Positions 40,068 to 45,204 of a DNA stretch of 45,204 nt are shown piece by piece. How positions within the stretch are numbered: position 1 is the first letter of the stretch; the number at the start of each line of letters is the position of its first letter. The translations under genes were made by a program, and so were the position numbers. Under the pieces are notes generated by a model. The model did not search any database. It was not told where the DNA came from and saw only the letters and a program-made list of their open reading frames with translations. The stretch lies in the IMG/VR virus record IMGVR_UViG_3300009702_000036, positions 1 to 45,204 of that record; one strand, written 5' to 3'. The stretch is from a virus.

Positions 40068-41732
40068 ATGTCATTTGTAAAAGTAGGGAATACATTCTTC
40101 AATCAAAAGTCTGATGGATCTTTACTTCCTGTTGCAGATCCTGATACTAACAAAGCTCTGAAGAGTGGTCAGCTGGGATACACTTCAAAAGCAAACACAG
40201 ACAAACTTCAATTTGCTTCTGGTGCTTCACTTGGTGTTCAACAAGGAGGTAAAACAATAGGAAGTGTGAATTTAACACCAGACCAAATAAGTAGAGTAAA
40301 TAAAAACAATCCATCATTAGCTAGGAACATAGGACTAAACTTGGTACCTGGTAGCACTCCAACACAAACACAACCGGTGTCTGCACTCCCAAGTACTGCT
40401 ACCACTCCTGCTACTAGCCAAAATGGTGGTTCTGATATCTCGTCTATGTTGCAAGGTATTCTCAAGAATGTTATAGAGCCAGCTGCTGGAGCAGAGAATC
40501 TTGCAGACCTAGAACAACGTCGTCAAGCACTATTGCGGAAACAACTTCTCAGCCAACCATACAGTAAAGAAGGAGAGAAAGTGTTGACTGCTGGACAAAA
40601 GCTATCATTGATGCAAACTCGTGGTCAGCAGTTTGAACCAGAACTACAAGCTCTTGATGGAGAAATATCCAAGATTCGTGATAACAACACGAGTGCTTTG
40701 GAAAAATTACAAGCTGTGTCACTAGTTCTTGACATTCAAGAAAAGATGTCACCAACTGTTACAGATAACAAAGAAGCATTCACACAAGCAAAGACTCTTA
40801 GACAAGAGTTTGTAAAAGCTTCTGGAGACTTTGTAGCTATACGTGATTCATATAACAGAATACTAGCATCAGCAGACAATCCTTCTGCTGCAGGAGACCT
40901 TGCTCTTATCTTCAACTATATGAAGATGCTTGATCCGAGATCTACTGTTCGTGAAGGAGAATTTGCTAATGCTCAGAATGCTGCCTCTATTCCAGACAGA
41001 GTACGTGCTATGTGGAACAATGTAATGACTGGTGAACGTCTTACACCAAAGCAACGTGATGACTTCCTGGGCAGATCTAAAGATATTTACAATGCAACAA
41101 ATAATCAACACGATTCGCTTGTCAGTCAGTATATTGATCTTGCTGACAACTTTGATCTTGATCCAAATAATATTGTACTCGATCTCGATCTATATGATGA
41201 GATCTCAGGAAACAGCAAGGGTACAAGCTCAGGAGCTGGAGATAACAACACACAATACATTGAAGGATATGGAACATATGTACAAGATGGAGATAATTGG
41301 GTCCTTCAAAGCTCTTCAGGAGGAACAGCTGGGAAAAGTGCATCGGTAGGAGCTGACGACCAAGCATACCAACTAGCTGAAGCTATCAAGCATCATGAGA
41401 CTGGTGGTAAACAAGTAGCTGGTGCTAGTGGAGAGAAAGGTATGTATCAGTTTCTACCGAGTACATGGAAAAAACTATCAAGCGAGTACAACAAAGCATT
41501 CACAGGAGATGCTGGTTCTCTTGAGATGACACCAGAGAATGAAGATGCAGTAGCACAATGGAAAGTAGCACAACTCCTTGGTAAAGGATGGAGTCCGTAT
41601 GAGGTTGCTCTCATATGGAATACTTCTCTTGGTGGCACAGAACAACCAAAAGAAATAAAGGGAGTAAATAACAAAGGTGTGGCATATGACTCTGTTGCAT
41701 ATGCAAACAAAGTTACTCGTAACTTAACATAA
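40068..41732 (+). CDS. internal virion protein with C-terminal lytic transglycosylase-like domain
   Basis: 554 aa; HHETGGKQVAGASGEKGMYQFLPSTW resembles the SLT catalytic Glu and G-x-x-Q motif. Confidence 0.55.
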   Translation: MSFVKVGNTFFNQKSDGSLLPVADPDTNKALKSGQLGYTSKANTDKLQFASGASLGVQQGGKTIGSVNLTPDQISRVNKNNPSLARNIGLNLVPGSTPTQTQPVSALPSTATTPATSQNGGSDISSMLQGILKNVIEPAAGAENLADLEQRRQALLRKQLLSQPYSKEGEKVLTAGQKLSLMQTRGQQFEPELQALDGEISKIRDNNTSALEKLQAVSLVLDIQEKMSPTVTDNKEAFTQAKTLRQEFVKASGDFVAIRDSYNRILASADNPSAAGDLALIFNYMKMLDPRSTVREGEFANAQNAASIPDRVRAMWNNVMTGERLTPKQRDDFLGRSKDIYNATNNQHDSLVSQYIDLADNFDLDPNNIVLDLDLYDEISGNSKGTSSGAGDNNTQYIEGYGTYVQDGDNWVLQSSSGGTAGKSASVGADDQAYQLAEAIKHHETGGKQVAGASGEKGMYQFLPSTWKKLSSEYNKAFTGDAGSLEMTPENEDAVAQWKVAQLLGKGWSPYEVALIWNTSLGGTEQPKEIKGVNNKGVAYDSVAYANKVTRNLT

Positions 41733-41733
41733 T

Positions 41734-43746
41734 ATGCCTCCACAAACATTGACAAATGAACAAATGCAAGAGCTGTTAAAGAAACAGAGTAAGAATGTTG
41801 CTCCAAAGACTTTAACAGATAAACAGATGCAGGAATTGCTTCAACAGCAATCACAGCCATCTCGTAGTGAAAGAATGACTGCTGATGCAGAGAAGAGAGC
41901 TGTTGATGCAGAAGCAGAAAAAACTACTACTCAGAGCAGCCAAGAAAATACATCACTATTGGATAAAGTAAAAGCAATTGGAAGCAAATATGTTATTCCT
42001 GGAACACTTGGACTTGGACAATCTATTGGAGATGCTCTCTTACCACTTTCTCAAGACTATAAAAATCTTGAAAAATCTCGTAAAGGATTGAGTCAACAGC
42101 AACAGGCAGTTCTTGATACTATTCGTGCAAAGCTCGCTCGTGGTGAAGATCCATCACGTCTGATCAATGCTTTAAAGAAGACACAAAACATTCAAAAAAG
42201 CACATCTGACTTCAATGTGATTCCATCTATAAATAAAACAGCAAAACAAATTTATGGAGAAGCTGGATCAACTGCTGTTGAGATGTTAGCTTTTGGAAGG
42301 ATTCCTAAAGCAGCATCATTCTTAGCAAACGCAAAAGGACCTGTGTCTGGCTTTTTAAGAGGAGCTGGAATGGGTGCTTTTGAAGGTGGTGTATTTGGTG
42401 CTGCAGCATCTGGTTCTAGATCTCTGCAAGAAGGAGATGAAGATCGAATGACAATTCTTAAAAAGTCTCTTCTTGGACTTGGCATTGGAGCAGCAGGAGG
42501 ATTTGTTCTTGGAGGATTAGGAGGAGCAATTGGTGGTAAATTTGGTCATTCTATTAGATCAAGAGAAGCTGCCAACCAAGCATTTAAAAATGTAGACTCT
42601 GGAGATATTCCTGGTTCTGCTGCTGCAGGATTCAAGAAGAATGCAGGTGTCTTGATAAAAGACAGAGTAGCACAGCGAGCTATTCAATCTGGTATACCTG
42701 ATGACTATGTACAACTTATCAAGAGTGTTAACAATGATACTAAAGCAGGAATGAGAAAGTCGTTTAGGATTGCAGAATTTACTTCTGGTCACAAATTCGA
42801 TACTCGTCGTGCTTCAGATGTAGCAGGAGAGGAAGCAGCCAATAGAATAAAGTTTTTAGTAAACAAACGAAAGGCAGTTGGAAAGAAAATTGGATCACTA
42901 ATAGAAAAAGCACCAGAAAAACCTATCGATGTAACTGATGTGTATATTGATTTTCTTAATAGTTTCAAAAAGTATGGAATAACCACAAAGTTATCAGATC
43001 TTAATGAAACTGTTATCGATTTTAGTAAAAGTCGATTCAAAGACAACAGAAAGGCACAAGGTATTATTCAAACGATGTTCAAAGATCTTCATCCGAATAA
43101 TAATGGTGAAGTGATGATGAATGCACAAAAAATATACAGACTACGACAAGCATGGTTTGACACTTTGAAGATTGCAAAGAAAAAAGACCAACTCATTGCA
43201 GGAGATCCAACTGAAGGAATGGTTGATGATGTTAGGACTAGTTTGGGAGATTTACTTGATAATAATGTTAATGGATACAAAAAGTCTGCAACACAATATG
43301 CAGAGATAAGTGGAGTTATAAAGCATCAGAATGATATTCTAGGAAAAGGATTTGATGTCAACTCTGATTTTCTCAACCAACGTGCTGCAGAAGTATACAA
43401 CAGAATACTTGGCAATGCATCTGCTCGTCCTATGGGTGCTCTTCAAGAACTCAGTGATACTGCGTGGCAATATGGATATAAGAATAAATCTGACATTCGA
43501 CATTTGGTAGCATTCTCAGATTTTATGGAAGACACATTTCCATCTACTGTGCCAACTCGATCTTTACAAGGAAATGTTGCACGTGCAAACAGAGCAACCC
43601 ATCACACAATTGGTGTTGCTGGTGATATTGCACGAGGAGATTCTTTGACTCTTGGAATGCGTGTTATAAACTCTCTTGGCAAAGACGAGCAAGCAGTACA
43701 AGAATTACAAATTCAGTATATCAAACGATTATTAGATTTGAAATAG
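41734..43746 (+). CDS. large internal virion/ejection or tape-measure-like protein
   Basis: 670 aa; Gly-rich hydrophobic segments LLGLGIGAAGGFVLGGLGGAIGG. Confidence 0.45.
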   Translation: MPPQTLTNEQMQELLKKQSKNVAPKTLTDKQMQELLQQQSQPSRSERMTADAEKRAVDAEAEKTTTQSSQENTSLLDKVKAIGSKYVIPGTLGLGQSIGDALLPLSQDYKNLEKSRKGLSQQQQAVLDTIRAKLARGEDPSRLINALKKTQNIQKSTSDFNVIPSINKTAKQIYGEAGSTAVEMLAFGRIPKAASFLANAKGPVSGFLRGAGMGAFEGGVFGAAASGSRSLQEGDEDRMTILKKSLLGLGIGAAGGFVLGGLGGAIGGKFGHSIRSREAANQAFKNVDSGDIPGSAAAGFKKNAGVLIKDRVAQRAIQSGIPDDYVQLIKSVNNDTKAGMRKSFRIAEFTSGHKFDTRRASDVAGEEAANRIKFLVNKRKAVGKKIGSLIEKAPEKPIDVTDVYIDFLNSFKKYGITTKLSDLNETVIDFSKSRFKDNRKAQGIIQTMFKDLHPNNNGEVMMNAQKIYRLRQAWFDTLKIAKKKDQLIAGDPTEGMVDDVRTSLGDLLDNNVNGYKKSATQYAEISGVIKHQNDILGKGFDVNSDFLNQRAAEVYNRILGNASARPMGALQELSDTAWQYGYKNKSDIRHLVAFSDFMEDTFPSTVPTRSLQGNVARANRATHHTIGVAGDIARGDSLTLGMRVINSLGKDEQAVQELQIQYIKRLLDLK

Positions 43747-43748
43747 AA

Positions 43749-43925
43749 TTAATCTCTAGTTAGTCTAAAACTTTTATGATCCTTTCCATCGTCTGTCTGT
43801 TTGTTCACCCATATATGAACATAAATACCTGTCAAGAAAAAGAATATTCCACCAGGAACAATAACAGTCCAATAAAAGACTGTGCACAAACCTGTTCCCA
43901 TAATTGTTATGTTGCATAATTCCAT
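43749..43925 (-). CDS. 58-aa two-helix membrane protein (holin-like), below track cutoff
   Basis: Hand translation: MELCNITIMGTGLCTVFYWTVIVPGGIFFFLTGIYVHIWVNKQTDDGKDHKSFRLTRD; sole minus-strand ORF within the late arm. Confidence 0.4.
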   Translation of the reverse strand: MELCNITIMGTGLCTVFYWTVIVPGGIFFFLTGIYVHIWVNKQTDDGKDHKSFRLTRD

Positions 43926-44000
43926 ATATTAATTAAAGCTCTTTTCCTTCAAAAAAGCAAGTAAATATAAATAATACAATGATTTAATAAAAAGTCAAAT

Positions 44001-45204
44001 ATGAATCCTCAAGACAATCCATATCAACCTATATCATTAAGAACCTTTCACAATGGACTTATTCAAGAATCTGTTGTTGATGAGTTTATGTTGCCTGAGG
44101 GTACAGTATCAACTGTAAAGAATCTTAATTTTGATACTATTGGTGCTGCAAAAGTGCGTCCTGGAATTACAACTCTTGGCAATGACATGGGTAGTAATAC
44201 CATAGTCGGATTACATCAATTCTTAGATGAAGGAGCTGGGAGTGATGACAGACTTATTGCTGTTCATGGTACTGTTGCATACTACTTGAATGGTGCAACA
44301 TGGACAAACAAGAGAACTGGATTGACTGCAAATGCAAAAGCTCGATTCACAAACTTTGTAGATTCTGTATTTATGGTGAATGGTAATGATGCAATGAATA
44401 GCTGGGATGGTGGTAGTGCAACGAGCTTTGGCACAACAAATTGTGTAGCTGCTCCTGCTGCTAGATTTATTGACAATTTCAGAACACGTTTGTGGGCTGC
44501 AAACACAGCAGCAAATCCATCTCGGTTGTGGTATTCTTCTGTTGCAGATTTGAGTGGAGGTATACTTTGGAGTGGTGATGATTATGGATATATCGATATC
44601 AGTCCTGGTGATGGTGAAGACATAACTGGTATTCAGAAATTCTCACAGTTTCTTTTGGTGTTCAAAAAGAATTATACATACAGAGTGTATAGCAAGAATG
44701 ATACTGAACCAGATCCATATATCTTTGTAGGAACATACTCACAAGAATCTGTTCAATTGGCCAAGGACGGAGTGTACTGGCACCATCCATCAGGTATATA
44801 TAGACTGAGAAGAGGTGATGGTTATCCTCATGAGATAAGTAAACCAATCACAGGATACATTGAAGCTGTGGATCGTAGCTACTATGATGATGTTAGCAGC
44901 TGGGATGACGATGACCATGTTTACTTTGCTATCGGTTCTGTTACAGTTGATGGTAAAACAATCAACAACTGTGTGTTACGATGGACTATTAGCACAGAAG
45001 TATGGACAGTTTATAGTTATGCAACAGAGCTAATGGTTGGTGCTAGATATGATGATGGTTCTGATATATTGACTGTTGTTGGAGATACTAGTGGCAAAGT
45101 ATACAAACTAAATACAGGAACAACTGATAACACAGTTGCAATAAATTATACTCTTGAGACACCACCATACACATTTACAGGATTAAGATCAGATACTAAA
45201 ATAA
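44001..45204 (+). CDS. 5' part of the ~480-aa virion structural protein that continues at 1..362
   Basis: ATG 44001 (MNPQDNPYQPISLRTFHNG...); the frame stays open to the window end. It is absent from the ORF track only because it runs off the end. Confidence 0.8.
   Translation, partial: MNPQDNPYQPISLRTFHNGLIQESVVDEFMLPEGTVSTVKNLNFDTIGAAKVRPGITTLGNDMGSNTIVGLHQFLDEGAGSDDRLIAVHGTVAYYLNGATWTNKRTGLTANAKARFTNFVDSVFMVNGNDAMNSWDGGSATSFGTTNCVAAPAARFIDNFRTRLWAANTAANPSRLWYSSVADLSGGILWSGDDYGYIDISPGDGEDITGIQKFSQFLLVFKKNYTYRVYSKNDTEPDPYIFVGTYSQESVQLAKDGVYWHHPSGIYRLRRGDGYPHEISKPITGYIEAVDRSYYDDVSSWDDDDHVYFAIGSVTVDGKTINNCVLRWTISTEVWTVYSYATELMVGARYDDGSDILTVVGDTSGKVYKLNTGTTDNTVAINYTLETPPYTFTGLRSDTKI
45082..45204. 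repeat. Terminal direct repeat copy 2 (identical to 1..123)
   Basis: Exact 123-nt match to the window start. Confidence 0.95.

Noticed and set aside
1-45204. Temperate lifestyle / integrated prophage with attachment sites (terminal repeats as att)
   Set aside because: No integrase, excisionase or CI/Cro-like pair was recognisable. The 123-nt repeat lies within a structural gene, and nothing flanking it looks like host DNA.

Overview
The window is a complete, circularly closed genome of a tailed dsDNA phage. The first 123 nt are identical to the last 123 nt, so the unique length is 45,081 bp, and one structural gene spans the junction. All calls come from reading the ORF track and the sequence by eye; no database search was run, so product names rest on recognised motifs only.

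Layout:
- Leftward (minus-strand) arm, 940-14,988. It carries a holin-like ORF and a DnaE-type Pol III alpha. Next come a tiny P-loop protein, a stand-alone RapZ C-terminal-domain homologue and a ~140-nt strongly structured RNA.
- A translationally coupled nucleotide cassette follows in the same arm: dCTP deaminase, an unknown flavoprotein, a DUF1599-like protein and ThyX. After it come a PD-(D/E)XK exonuclease with a possible annealase.
- The arm also contains a GC-rich ~2.9-kb accessory island of small ORFs. This island includes two paralogous Ala/Trp-repeat proteins.
- A divergent control region lies at 14,989-15,190.
- Rightward arm from 15,191. It starts with RusA, a Zn-ribbon protein and a terminator-bounded non-coding unit carrying operator-like repeats. 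Then come a replication initiator with lambda-ori-like 11-bp phased iterons inside its own gene, and a DnaB-like helicase.
- The morphogenesis genes follow in this arm: a large virion protein with ART-like and SLT-like domains, TerL, a GroES-like co-chaperonin, portal, a scaffold-like protein and the major capsid protein.
- After those come a papain-like peptidase, lectin-fold fibre proteins with N-terminal hydrophobic helices, a glycine-rich fibre, three large internal/ejection-type proteins, the junction-spanning structural gene and a cell-wall hydrolase.

I did not see a tRNA, integrase, reverse transcriptase or CRISPR array.

Most interesting observations:
- the RapZ-CTD gene next to the structured RNA;
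- the two uncharacterised members of the dcd-thyX operon;
- the duplicated Ala/Trp-repeat genes inside the compositional island;
- a recurrent TTATCAAC motif upstream of many genes;
- iterons inside the initiator gene;
- a duplicated 33-nt pseudoknot-capable leader element;
- three possible recoding or indel sites: a 1-nt offset at the RapZ-like start, a +1 shift at CCC-C in a wHTH gene, and an in-frame TAG joining two structural ORFs.
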